Virus record (IMG/VR): IMGVR_UViG_3300017985_000016
Span: 1 to 59,398 of that record
Length of the DNA: 59,398 nt
Origin: a virus
Taxonomy: Duplodnaviria > Caudoviricetes
Reading direction: 5' to 3' (one strand)
Shown here: piece by piece, positions 47,224-57,644 of the stretch
Layout: the number at the start of each line of letters is the position of its first letter
Position numbering within the stretch: position 1 is the stretch's first letter
Translations under genes and position numbers: made by a program
Notes under the pieces: generated by a model
The model's input: only the letters and a program-made list of their open reading frames with translations
Database searches by the model: none
Told to the model about the DNA's origin: nothing

Positions 47224-50200
47224 GTCAATGCGATTCCTCTATAATCTTTCACAATTGGTGCGGAATAAACATTTGGTGAAAGCAATTCGATACGAACTGC
47301 GAATTTTCTAAACGTTTTAAATGCACCTGCGCTACTTGTATATTGATAAACTCCTAGTCCATCTTTGTTGGCGTCAGAAATTCGATATCTAAATTCACGA
47401 TAATCTTCTAGATTACCAGATGTTGAAAATGTTTCGACACCCTCAAAGAGTTCCAGTTCAACCCAATCTACATCAGCAAAGTCTTGACTATCAAATGTGT
47501 TTTGTGCACGAATGTATGTCTTAATCGTAGTACCTGCTGGTCTATGTGCAGAAAGAATTAATTGGAAATCTTCCGCATCAAAGTCTTCGGCGAGTTCTAC
47601 TGTTTTAGAAATGAAGTTTGCAGTTTCACCAGACACATTCGTTATATCGTATTTATAGGCAAGTAACTTGGATATTTCCACGTCAATAAATGGAGAAGAT
47701 GTAGAGTTACCACCGTTAGACATATTAACCGTCACGTCAAACTTCAAACTACCGTTTACGTTATTAGATTTACTGTAAACAACAACACCTTCTTTACTAA
47801 ATGTGTTGTTATCATTAAACTTCATTGGTAGATTATATGTCGTTCCAACATTTGCAGGCGGAATAAATTCACCAGCTAATGTAGTTTTGGATACACTGTC
47901 ATTTGCACGTTGAATAAATGGTTGAACATAACTTAAATTTATATTATCAATAGAAGTAATTTCAGCAGTAGAATTTGAGTCTGCACCAGTAATAGTACTT
48001 CCATTAGAGAATACAAATCCTGCTCTTGCAGTACTATTTTCTAGGTAAAGTGTATTTGGATCTGTGAGATCATAATGACAAACTCTACCAGCCACAATAG
48101 GAGTGACTTCAGAACCAGACCACACTTGACTAGATTGTTTACTTGTGGTAATTGTATCTGGTGTGACCCCAGTGACCTCAAATATATCTAGAACCCCAGT
48201 GTTCGCTGTTAGATTAATTTTAACAAAGTCCCCAACCGAATATATCGTATCAAATGCATTACCAGACAATCTAGTAATTGTGTTATTTGCATTTGCCATA
48301 CCTGCAGTCTGTGCAGCACCTACACTTTGATATACAACTTCATCATTTCTAAATGCACCCGCAAGATCCGTAAGTCTTAAGAACTCATGATCACGGTTTG
48401 TCATGGTAACAGAACCAATAGACTCGTTGAAGTCATGTCTGTATAGATTAAACTTAAGATCTTCGTCTTGATAAGACTTCCACGCAGAGTTGTTTGTCGA
48501 TGTGAATAGAACACCGTCACCCCAGTCTTGTACAACTGCACGACCCTGTGTCGCACCTGGCGTCAAATCATTACCACCAACCTTAGAAGTGAACACCAAG
48601 TAGCCTGGATCGTTCGCATCTGGTTGAATTACTACTGCATATTCTTTTTCCGTTTCAAGGTAAATAGGCGCATGGAATTCAACTGTTGTTGCAAGACTTG
48701 CATCATCCGAAATGTTAACTTCAGATGCTTGTAAGTGTACAGATGAGAATGGGATGATTTCAGAAGAAGGATATCCGTTAACGACTTCACGCAACATTAC
48801 AGTGACACCGTTGATACCACCGCCATTTGTCAGTGTACTAGTTGCCTTACGTTTGAAGAATACATCAATCTTCGACGCCATTACAGAATTACTTCCACGA
48901 CCCATACCCTTCTTAATAAAGAAAGTTTGTGCAAGTGGATCGCCTCGTGGTGGAGGCGGGCGGAATGTAACCGAACGGTTCGACGAACGTGTTTCTACGT
49001 TTGTACTTGGCATACGTGTTGAAAGACCAGTTTTTGTGACATCAAAACTGTATGCACGATATGCAACTGAAGCACGAGAAGTTGCACCAGATTCAATACT
49101 GTCGTAAGTATCAACATCGACAATCTCCAACATACGTTCACCAACAAAGAATGTCTCTTCTGGAATTTTGAAGACTGCACGAAGAACACCATTTTCATCA
49201 GATGTAACAGTCTGTCCGAACACACCTTGTCGACCTACTTGTCCTACAGAGTTAACATTTGTGCCTGGGATTATATGTTGATCCACCGATACTCTATCAA
49301 AGAAGAAATGATGAACAGTATTAGGTCTCAATCCTGTCACGTAAATAGACACATCTCTGGAGGCCATGTAAGGCATAAATTGGAAGTTAGACACGAAGTC
49401 ACCAACCAATTTTGTTTCGCTTCCAACGTTTATACTTCCAATAGTGTCTTTAAAAGTTACAGTACCACCATTCGCACGTGCACGGCGCAGTGCTGCCTGA
49501 TTTGCTGCACTAAACTCGTTCGTGTCAATTCTTACATCTGTCAATGGAATGAACTTTTGTAACGCTTCTGCAAAGTCTACAAAAGGTTTTTGAAAATCAA
49601 TTTCAACTGGGTTGACTGTTGTGTCGTAAGTTGCATCGTACTCTGGTGAAACCTGAGCTTTACCTTGATAATTGTAGAAGTTACTTACACAGTTTCTGTA
49701 CCCAGTTGCATAGGGTTGATTGATAATTGATACGTGTGCGTTACGACTTAGTGTTGCAGCCTTTGGTTCCTCTGTAGGAGAAGGTGCAGGGAATGCAGTT
49801 GCTCCACTAGATGTTTTATACTTAAGATCCAATGGGAATGTTTGTACGGCAGGCGTCATAACTCTCTGAGAGAAATGAACTGCCGCATTGAAGTTTGCAT
49901 CTCTTGTGTTTGCAAGAGACATATCATTGAAAGGATCTACAATGAAACCATTTTTAAATCTACTTAACCCATTTTCATCTAAAACTGTTAGATTATTTGT
50001 TTCTTGTTCCAATTGATTCAAAGATGTATAGTATACAAGTCTTTCAATCTTGTCTTCCAACGCTCCAATATCTTTCATAGTGTAACGTTTCGTACCTTTT
50101 GGTCTTGCACGAACTGCGTATTCTCTTTTACCTTGTTGTGAAGCTTCTTTAGGTGAAAGAATAGGTGCGCCAGGCACATAGATTTCAGAAATAACAAGTT

Positions 50201-52637
50201 GTTCTTCACCAAGTAAAGGTGGTCTAGGATTAATCTCTTCGGCACCTTTAACGTAGTTAAATTGACCATAAGAGTCAACCGTAATAACATCATAACGAGG
50301 CAAATAATATTCAATATCTGCAGACGCATACTGAGAAGTTGCAGGTAGAGTGTAAGTACCAGTAAATGATGGTGCTGCCGCATCAATCGTATTCTGAATG
50401 GCTACAGTCATGATAGGCGCAGATGCACCGCTAGTTTCAGTGTAACTCATTGTTGACTCTTTATCAACCTGTGGTCTGAAGTCTAAACAATCACGTAGAT
50501 TGTATTTGTATCCAGATTCTGAAACATATACAGGGATCTCACTCTCATCCACGCCTGTGTATGACGCAACGTGATAGAAACTTTCTGCACCAACTGGTTT
50601 AATGGTTTCAAAAACTTTAATGTTAATTTCAAGTTGTTCGTTGCCAGGACGTGGACGACCTTGAATATATTCAATATAAGAAAGATCGTAATATGCATCT
50701 TTTTGATTTGGATTCAAACGGAAAGACTTAGTAAAGTCGTCTCCTGCAGCGTTTTTAATCGAAACAATTTCATAAACATCTGGGAAACCCAAAGAAAACT
50801 TTCTACGAGTTGTAACGTGATCTAGGCGCAGCCAAGTATCTCTTGCAGACTTAGTGAATACTTGTGCATCAATTGCACGGTAGTCGTAGTAACAAATAAC
50901 GCTAACCCCATCTGATACTACACCATTTGGTAGAGATACAGTGAGGTTTGAACCACCCAAAGAAGTAGAAGTACCTGTAGGAGTAACCTTAGTACCTGTG
51001 GACGTAACCACCAAAATATTATTTTGATTAAGATTAAAGTCAGTGCCCACACCTGTTTGCGTTGTAGTAATAGTGAATTCGTTACTGGTCACAACGTGAG
51101 TAGACTGTCCCCTGATTGGAACAATTAAATCGTCTTCATAAACATCATACAGATAATCCATACCAGTGTCGAAAATATATGCACGTTTGTCCGTACCTTT
51201 TAGAGTACTACCAACCGAAATTTCACCAGTTGTTGCCCCATCTATCTTCGCAACATCTACAAATCCTTTACCTGCATTCATAGAAATACCGAAGAGATAT
51301 GCACGATCTTCTGTCAAGTTAGAGACAAAACACTCGCCAATCTTTGTGTTAGTACCATCAAGAAGATCTTGTGGTGATGATAGATCAATATTAACGTGTC
51401 CAGTAAACCCTGTAACATCAACATAGTTTCCATAGTTAAATGAAATTGGTTGTGATGTTTGGATTTCTGTATTAGATGGAGATTCTATTTCGAACGCTTG
51501 TGTGCCAACAGTCTCTGCACGATAACCTTTTACATATGCAGCGCCTGGATCTACTAGTACTTCCAATAATGCATTGTTGGCAGGGTTTCTTTCGACAGTA
51601 ACAGGAAAATCTCTTACGATATAGTTACCAGACTCTTCGTATGTGCGTCTTGCAGTAACATCACCAAGGACATTATACTGAGAAATGTCACGAATACGAA
51701 CTGCATTTCCGTTTTGATAACGAATTAGTGAGAAGAATGTGGAGTCTGCTTCAGCTTCTGCCGCCGTAAGTTTGGTTAGTATTGGAACGAGTTTAAGTCT
51801 ATCTGCGCCTGGCGCATTCTCGTTAGTTGAACCGTTTGCGTTATCATACAAGGTATCATCTTGAAGATATGAAATCAAAGATTCATTAATTCTAAATCCA
51901 ACTGATGCATCCGCAGGTTCATTGCTGTATTTTTCTACAACAAGAATTTGTTCGTCTGTATAAAGGAAATGTCCTTTTTGGAATAGAATGCCTGGCGAGG
52001 ATTGAATACCAAAAGAAGATCCTGTTGGGGTGTATGATGCACGTGCCACGTTGATTGAATCCACACCAGTTTCAACAGGAGTCAGTGGTTCGACTGTGCC
52101 TGCTTTATATGTGTATTTGTCAATACGGATTGTCTCACCTGCAGTAAATTCTTTCGCACTTCCTTCAGAGTTCAAGTATCTGATGAAGAAAGTGTTTAGA
52201 TTTGGTGGACGAGTTGTAAACCCTGCAGAAGCATCAATGACTTGTGCACTAACTTGCGAGGTTTGACCGTAAAGAACATAAACAATATCTACCTCAGTTT
52301 CAACTCCGCCTAAAGTATCTTTGGTGGTAGTTCTATTACTGATATACGATTCTGGATTGAAATAGGTTTGATTTAATGTTTCTGAAGCTTCACGATTTTC
52401 AACCTTTACAAATTTAAGATCACTTAGGTTTGTGAAAACACAACCTTTAACAATACTACCTTCTTTAAAGATGTTGTCACCAAATTGTTCAACTTGGTTT
52501 TGTAAAGAAGTTTGTAACTGTGTAAGTTCACGTGCCTGAACTGAGTAGCCAGGTTTGAACAACACACGATAGAATTGCTTTTCGATGTCAAAGTCATCGA
52601 AGTATGGTGATACATTTAGATCTGTATTAATAGGCAT
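47220..52637 (-). CDS. VrlC-like (DUF4815-type) large baseplate/virion protein (1805 aa)
   Basis: LNVSPYFDDF....FYRVLFKPG.SVQARELTQLQ..LQNQVEQFG..IFKEG, APGADRLK, ARRTYEESGNY, YTMKDIG.LE.RIE.L.YYTSL, RFKNGFIVD.F, DPLAQTF. Confidence 0.88.
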   Translation of the reverse strand: MPINTDLNVSPYFDDFDIEKQFYRVLFKPGYSVQARELTQLQTSLQNQVEQFGDNIFKEGSIVKGCVFTNLSDLKFVKVENREASETLNQTYFNPESYISNRTTTKDTLGGVETEVDIVYVLYGQTSQVSAQVIDASAGFTTRPPNLNTFFIRYLNSEGSAKEFTAGETIRIDKYTYKAGTVEPLTPVETGVDSINVARASYTPTGSSFGIQSSPGILFQKGHFLYTDEQILVVEKYSNEPADASVGFRINESLISYLQDDTLYDNANGSTNENAPGADRLKLVPILTKLTAAEAEADSTFFSLIRYQNGNAVRIRDISQYNVLGDVTARRTYEESGNYIVRDFPVTVERNPANNALLEVLVDPGAAYVKGYRAETVGTQAFEIESPSNTEIQTSQPISFNYGNYVDVTGFTGHVNIDLSSPQDLLDGTNTKIGECFVSNLTEDRAYLFGISMNAGKGFVDVAKIDGATTGEISVGSTLKGTDKRAYIFDTGMDYLYDVYEDDLIVPIRGQSTHVVTSNEFTITTTQTGVGTDFNLNQNNILVVTSTGTKVTPTGTSTSLGGSNLTVSLPNGVVSDGVSVICYYDYRAIDAQVFTKSARDTWLRLDHVTTRRKFSLGFPDVYEIVSIKNAAGDDFTKSFRLNPNQKDAYYDLSYIEYIQGRPRPGNEQLEINIKVFETIKPVGAESFYHVASYTGVDESEIPVYVSESGYKYNLRDCLDFRPQVDKESTMSYTETSGASAPIMTVAIQNTIDAAAPSFTGTYTLPATSQYASADIEYYLPRYDVITVDSYGQFNYVKGAEEINPRPPLLGEEQLVISEIYVPGAPILSPKEASQQGKREYAVRARPKGTKRYTMKDIGALEDKIERLVYYTSLNQLEQETNNLTVLDENGLSRFKNGFIVDPFNDMSLANTRDANFNAAVHFSQRVMTPAVQTFPLDLKYKTSSGATAFPAPSPTEEPKAATLSRNAHVSIINQPYATGYRNCVSNFYNYQGKAQVSPEYDATYDTTVNPVEIDFQKPFVDFAEALQKFIPLTDVRIDTNEFSAANQAALRRARANGGTVTFKDTIGSINVGSETKLVGDFVSNFQFMPYMASRDVSIYVTGLRPNTVHHFFFDRVSVDQHIIPGTNVNSVGQVGRQGVFGQTVTSDENGVLRAVFKIPEETFFVGERMLEIVDVDTYDSIESGATSRASVAYRAYSFDVTKTGLSTRMPSTNVETRSSNRSVTFRPPPPRGDPLAQTFFIKKGMGRGSNSVMASKIDVFFKRKATSTLTNGGGINGVTVMLREVVNGYPSSEIIPFSSVHLQASEVNISDDASLATTVEFHAPIYLETEKEYAVVIQPDANDPGYLVFTSKVGGNDLTPGATQGRAVVQDWGDGVLFTSTNNSAWKSYQDEDLKFNLYRHDFNESIGSVTMTNRDHEFLRLTDLAGAFRNDEVVYQSVGAAQTAGMANANNTITRLSGNAFDTIYSVGDFVKINLTANTGVLDIFEVTGVTPDTITTSKQSSQVWSGSEVTPIVAGRVCHYDLTDPNTLYLENSTARAGFVFSNGSTITGADSNSTAEITSIDNINLSYVQPFIQRANDSVSKTTLAGEFIPPANVGTTYNLPMKFNDNNTFSKEGVVVYSKSNNVNGSLKFDVTVNMSNGGNSTSSPFIDVEISKLLAYKYDITNVSGETANFISKTVELAEDFDAEDFQLILSAHRPAGTTIKTYIRAQNTFDSQDFADVDWVELELFEGVETFSTSGNLEDYREFRYRISDANKDGLGVYQYTSSAGAFKTFRKFAVRIELLSPNVYSAPIVKDYRGIALT

Positions 52638-52649
52638 TCTATCTGTTCC

Positions 52650-54284
52650 TTAAAATTCCATCACGAATTTAAATTCTTCTCGTGAGTTTTCTGTTCTTGG
52701 CAGTGGGAAGAAGTCTTCGAAAAAGTATATTCTTCCAGATCTTTGCACATAAGTTGGTTCTACTACGTTATTCGCTATAGGTGTATTTATTCTCATCAAC
52801 TGACCTGTTTCGTTGCGCAAATTCAAAGTCAAATCTAGTGAGTTACTTGAATTCGCAAGGTTTTGATAAGGACCCATGTATTCTGCGAGGAATAAAGTGT
52901 TACTTGAATAATCGATATCATGAACAGTTGCTTGGAAAACAACTTCGTTATCAGAGTTTAACTGTTGCACAGTACCGTTGACTTCTGTCTTATCATAGTC
53001 ATCAGTAGTAACTGCAATTCTATTATCGAATACTACTGGTGTGTTTGCACTTGGTATTACATTCCAATCAGAATCTCTAAATTCTGGATTCTTTACTAAT
53101 CCAATAGTAGAGTATTCATTATTTGCACCAATTAAAAGATTATCCTCTCCTGTTATATATGCATAAACTCCGAAGTGATGACAATGAAATTCATCGATCA
53201 AATCGTGTGCATGTCCATCAATTGGGGAAAGAATTGGTCTCAAATCAGCACGTGTATCTGTTCTTGTTGGATCGCTTGGATCAAAATCGTAAAGTGGATC
53301 TACAACTCGTGCAACAATACTGTTATATGAAGAACCACGGTTCAACAAAGTTGTACTTCTAATTCTACCTAAATTATCAATAACTGGAATTGCAGATGCG
53401 CCAGTTCCGTCTCCTTCGATTTTGATCTTTGGTAGGATTTGCCATCTTGCGTTTGCAGACACACCCGCAGCTACTGGATCTCTCTCAACTCTAAATTCAA
53501 CAAGACCAGTTGCAGTGTTATAACTGTAGTATTCAATGTCAAACAAATTTGTCACAGCGTTGTCATTGTTTGTGACATAAAGGGTTTGACCATAGTAATA
53601 ATAAAAGATTTGAGAAATATCTTCATCGTCTGGTCTACCAATCATCACACCAGAAGCGGTTGGTGCTTGATCAAGCGAACCTTCAACCTTTGTGTAACCC
53701 AAGTTATCGTCTAGGTTTGTCACAAAGATATCTGAGACTTCTCCACCAGTTGTGTTTGCAACAGGATCTACAACAAACTCACTACTTCTAATTGGAATGA
53801 AACCAAGTGCATTATAAGCTTCGAATTGCAAATCTGATAGATCATAAATGTACTTCCAAAGATATCCATCCGCCGTTTGATAAATCTGACTATCTGTGTT
53901 TGCATTCCATGCAGGTGGCGCTTGAACTGGTGCACCATCGTTGTTATACAGACATTTAAATATTCTGTAGTCACCAGTATCGTTGTTTGTTGGACCAACT
54001 ACTGCATAGAAGTTTTGGTCTTCTAAGTTAATTGCATCGTCGTACTGAGTATAGACCTGATCTCTCTGCCAAGGATAATACTTGATCATAAAGTGAACGT
54101 CATCAGGATCCACTTTTTTACCAAACAATATCTTTTCTTTGAATTCATTTTCTGAAAATCTTGAATTTTCAGCGTCGAGACGTTCGATACTAGAACACAT
54201 GATATAGAAGTCATTGGACTTGATGTCTTCAATGAACAATCTAGTAGTGTCAGATTTAAATTTTGTTGTTAAAATCTCTGCCAT
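52650..54284 (-). CDS. gp8: Baseplate wedge subunit gp8-like
   Basis: KK....V......W.....Y.QYDD, FY......Y..FKCL.N, DGYLWKY.Y, I.IEGDGTGA.A, P.DGH, GLVKNP, SG........P..R.....EEFK.V.EF. Confidence 0.85.
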   Translation of the reverse strand: MAEILTTKFKSDTTRLFIEDIKSNDFYIMCSSIERLDAENSRFSENEFKEKILFGKKVDPDDVHFMIKYYPWQRDQVYTQYDDAINLEDQNFYAVVGPTNNDTGDYRIFKCLYNNDGAPVQAPPAWNANTDSQIYQTADGYLWKYIYDLSDLQFEAYNALGFIPIRSSEFVVDPVANTTGGEVSDIFVTNLDDNLGYTKVEGSLDQAPTASGVMIGRPDDEDISQIFYYYYGQTLYVTNNDNAVTNLFDIEYYSYNTATGLVEFRVERDPVAAGVSANARWQILPKIKIEGDGTGASAIPVIDNLGRIRSTTLLNRGSSYNSIVARVVDPLYDFDPSDPTRTDTRADLRPILSPIDGHAHDLIDEFHCHHFGVYAYITGEDNLLIGANNEYSTIGLVKNPEFRDSDWNVIPSANTPVVFDNRIAVTTDDYDKTEVNGTVQQLNSDNEVVFQATVHDIDYSSNTLFLAEYMGPYQNLANSSNSLDLTLNLRNETGQLMRINTPIANNVVEPTYVQRSGRIYFFEDFFPLPRTENSREEFKFVMEF

Positions 54285-54312
54285 GGTGTCTCTCTAATAA
54301 TCATTTTTAATA

Positions 54313-54320
54313 TATTTATG
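54313..54320 (-). promoter_or_regulatory. Late promoter variant (CATAAATA) upstream of gp8
   Basis: Plus strand tatttatg about 30 nt upstream of ATG 54284. Confidence 0.55.
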
Positions 54321-54323
54321 GTG

Positions 54324-56267
54324 TTAACCAATACGTTTTTTTCTGCGTGGATATGATTGCTTTGTATCATTGTAATTATTATAATGGAAATTGGATCTAA
54401 ATGCAGAGGAAGCTCTTTGTTTAGTGTTTCTTGTTACAAAATATGGGACGAATATTCTTTTAGTTGTTGATCCCCAAAGATCCATTACTTCGTTACCACC
54501 GTTTTCGTATTGTCCCTCTTCAATTCTGTTGTAGGTTGATGCAGCATTATAGGTTCGTGGACCATAAAGTGCATTAGGTGGAGTAACACCCGCATTAGAG
54601 TAATCAAACTCATTAGTACGTGCTAATGCATCAGCAGCACTGTTGGTTGTGGTGGGTGGCAGATCAAGCATAACTTCTTTACCATTTTTTTGCATATAGT
54701 CTAAAAGTTGTTGATGTGTGGGGTATTCACCGAACGTATCAAAGTGGTAATCTACAAACAATGCGGCAGCACCCGCAGCTACTGGGGCAGCACAACTAGT
54801 TCCACTAAAGTAATCCCACTCTCCATCAGGAAGAGTATAGCTACCTCTTCCAGTTCCACCTGCTGAAGACCAAGTGTATGCACCAAACGCCCAAATGTCA
54901 ATATGTGGACCACGATTACTATAAGGATCTGGTACAGGATTTATAGTACTGTGATGACATGCACCAATACTGTAGTGATTTAGACTTCCTACAGTACGAT
55001 ATGTTTTTGTGTATCTTTGAAGATCTTGTGTTGTGTTAGTTTCGTATGTAAAATCATATAGTCCGTCAACATCTGTGAATGGACGGATCACATCGATATT
55101 CGCATCCATTTTAATGTAATCGTTCAGACGTGGATCACCAGCCTTAACAGACTGTGCACCACCAAAGTTACCTGCACTTTTAAAGTAGTATATGCTTCCA
55201 TCACTAACCCAATTTGTAAGCATAGAGTTATAGGTACTACTAGGTATTTGGTATGGACACGAAATCCACCACTCATTTTGAGCAGTGGTTTGGTCATACG
55301 CAATCCTTGGCATCAAACCTGCATTGACAAAGGGAGTCAAATCAGAACCCCATCCACCCACTGGTCTCTGAACTGTTGTTAACATTCCATCGTCATCATA
55401 GGAACCAATTTCATTGATGTCTTTAACTCTGTACATGTAGTTATGGTCTTCTCCACCATATCCCCATGCACCAGTGACAATGGTTGCATTTCTTCTACCA
55501 GTGGCTGGATTAACTGGTTTCGTTTGGTGCCATGATAATACTGCATTATGCACTGTGGTTACACCATCAGAAAGATATATGACACGTATACTTGAAACCG
55601 CAGCCCATCCACATGTCTTGCCCGCTGCAGTACTTATAACACCTATTGCGTGATCTGAAAATCGATTACTATTAGTTACTTGATTGTTTCTTGCATCATT
55701 TACAGAAGCACTAATATCAGACCAATCCATTCTAACAAACCTAGTGTTAGTAGTAGGAGTAGCGTCATCTTGAGAATCTGGGTGGTCTTCCCAAACATCA
55801 TTCGCTGCAACTGGCGTACCCGCTTCGATTGCAACGATGTCTACATATTCACCTGCATAGTTTCTAGTAATATTTTGATCTTCGAGATAAGCATCTTCAT
55901 TGAATGGACTAATTTGAAAAAATCCTATTGGACCTGTATTACCAGAAATCTCTTGGTCACTAGATAAAAACTTGAAAGTCGAAGTGATGTCTGCACCATT
56001 TTGTGAAGTGATCCCATATCTCGTAAGGTAATTAAAGTCAACATCAGTACGTACTGTATAAGTTTCTATAGGAACATCTTCTTTCTCTACTTCCATGATA
56101 CGGTCAGATGCACGTAATTCTTCAGCTTCTTCTTCAGTCAACATCATACAAACAAGACCTTCAAGTGCATCAAGTGTATCATACACTTCCATGTCACAAC
56201 ATTCTGTTTCCAAAACAGAATCCTGTTCTTCACAGTTGCAAAGGACGATGTTGTATCTAGATTTCAT
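54324..56267 (-). CDS. Subtilisin-family (S8) serine protease with I9-like propeptide
   Basis: LTEEEAEELRASDRI.EVE (propeptide), VDIVAIEAG, HAIGVISTAAGKTCGWA, SAGN (oxyanion Asn), YSNRGP.IDIWA.G, FSGTSCAAPVAAGAAAL. Confidence 0.85.
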   Translation of the reverse strand: MKSRYNIVLCNCEEQDSVLETECCDMEVYDTLDALEGLVCMMLTEEEAEELRASDRIMEVEKEDVPIETYTVRTDVDFNYLTRYGITSQNGADITSTFKFLSSDQEISGNTGPIGFFQISPFNEDAYLEDQNITRNYAGEYVDIVAIEAGTPVAANDVWEDHPDSQDDATPTTNTRFVRMDWSDISASVNDARNNQVTNSNRFSDHAIGVISTAAGKTCGWAAVSSIRVIYLSDGVTTVHNAVLSWHQTKPVNPATGRRNATIVTGAWGYGGEDHNYMYRVKDINEIGSYDDDGMLTTVQRPVGGWGSDLTPFVNAGLMPRIAYDQTTAQNEWWISCPYQIPSSTYNSMLTNWVSDGSIYYFKSAGNFGGAQSVKAGDPRLNDYIKMDANIDVIRPFTDVDGLYDFTYETNTTQDLQRYTKTYRTVGSLNHYSIGACHHSTINPVPDPYSNRGPHIDIWAFGAYTWSSAGGTGRGSYTLPDGEWDYFSGTSCAAPVAAGAAALFVDYHFDTFGEYPTHQQLLDYMQKNGKEVMLDLPPTTTNSAADALARTNEFDYSNAGVTPPNALYGPRTYNAASTYNRIEEGQYENGGNEVMDLWGSTTKRIFVPYFVTRNTKQRASSAFRSNFHYNNYNDTKQSYPRRKKRIG

Positions 56268-56268
56268 C

Positions 56269-57609
56269 TTATGCGTCTTCCAGTTTCAGTCCAGTAATAG
56301 TCACAGTAACTGTGCCAGTAGTACCAGAACGGTTGGTTACTCTCACAGGAATATCATTTTCTGTTGGTCTATTATCGACAAAACCGAAGATCGCTGGGGT
56401 GATGACGAATGTCTCCGCCGCCGTTGAAACAAATTCTGCAACGACTCCGTCACCCTCTACTGGATCTGTACCTATTGGACGACTTACATCTGCAGTACGT
56501 GCTGCATCGTCTTTATAAATTCTAACTCTTGCACCTTTGTCGACTTGAACACTATACAAACAGTATGATACACCCAAGTTTGCAAAATCAATGTTTGTTT
56601 CTGCATCATCTGCAATACTTGCAGAGGTTACTGCTTGTGTAACACGTGATGGTGTAAATCCACCAGACGCAGTTGAGTTGATTGTGATTGAGTCTGTGCC
56701 TGTATCAGTTTGAATTGTAATATTCGAACCTGCAACAAGGTTTAAAGTGTCTGCAGTAGAATCTGCAACAACACTAGGTTGACCTGCAACAGCAATAGTA
56801 GAGAATGTATTCGCAGCTCCACCAGTACCACCAGTCGCAGTAGATACGAATGTGATAGTATCATTTGCAGCGTCAGTGGTAATAGTCATACCAGTACCTG
56901 CAATAAATGTCAAGGTATCTGTTGTAGCATCTGCGACAACATCTGTTTGACCTGCGACACTAATTGTACCAAATGTATTTGCACTACCGCCTGCTGCAGC
57001 TGCATTTACCCATGCAGAACCATTGTAACTTAGAACTTCTCCACTTGCAGGAGCAGTAATAGTAACATCTGTAAGATCGTTGATTGCACTTGCGCCTAAA
57101 GAAATGTCTTTAAATTCAAATATTCCATTTCCATTGGCAGTAAGAACTTGACCAATAGTACCATCTGCAATACCATCAAGATCTAACAACCCAAACCCAG
57201 AATTGTTTGCATCTGTCAACATTCCAGTGTATGCAACGTTTGCAAGACTGTCTGCATATGAAGTTACATCGTTATTGGCATTATCAGTTAGAAGTTTGCG
57301 CCACTGACCGTGAGCATAGTAAAGTGCACCAGTCGAGTGAACGTGTGCGATACACCCATGATAAGTACCCGCACTTAGTGCATATAAATCCGCCTCAGTA
57401 TCAAGTAAGAAAGATATTTTGTTGTGAACATTAAGAACTTGAAGTTCCTGATCACTGTTGACCATATTAAGTAGTGTATCATTACCCAATCCACCCACTG
57501 CACGATAAATCTCATTCGTATTATCGTTAATTTTATCCATGGCGACACGTAACGGATCACCTGTTCCATCATTGGGTGCTTGACCTATATCTACTGTTTG
57601 CTTTGCCAT
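56269..57609 (-). CDS. gp9/gp10-like baseplate fibre-connector N-terminus fused to repeated adhesin-like modules
   Basis: MAKQTVDIG..PNDGTGDPLR.AMDKIN.N..EIY is the gp9/gp10 N-terminal motif. Also L.DV.I..P..G.VL.YNGS.WVN and 2x ANTF.TI.VAGQ..VVAD...DTL...AG. Confidence 0.7.
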   Translation of the reverse strand: MAKQTVDIGQAPNDGTGDPLRVAMDKINDNTNEIYRAVGGLGNDTLLNMVNSDQELQVLNVHNKISFLLDTEADLYALSAGTYHGCIAHVHSTGALYYAHGQWRKLLTDNANNDVTSYADSLANVAYTGMLTDANNSGFGLLDLDGIADGTIGQVLTANGNGIFEFKDISLGASAINDLTDVTITAPASGEVLSYNGSAWVNAAAAGGSANTFGTISVAGQTDVVADATTDTLTFIAGTGMTITTDAANDTITFVSTATGGTGGAANTFSTIAVAGQPSVVADSTADTLNLVAGSNITIQTDTGTDSITINSTASGGFTPSRVTQAVTSASIADDAETNIDFANLGVSYCLYSVQVDKGARVRIYKDDAARTADVSRPIGTDPVEGDGVVAEFVSTAAETFVITPAIFGFVDNRPTENDIPVRVTNRSGTTGTVTVTITGLKLEDA

Positions 57610-57636
57610 TTTTTCTTCCTAAAAAGTGTTTTTAAT

Positions 57637-57644
57637 TATTTATG
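57637..57644 (-). promoter_or_regulatory. Late promoter variant (CATAAATA) overlapping the gp7-like stop codon
   Basis: Plus strand tatttatg about 30 nt upstream of ATG 57609. Confidence 0.5.
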
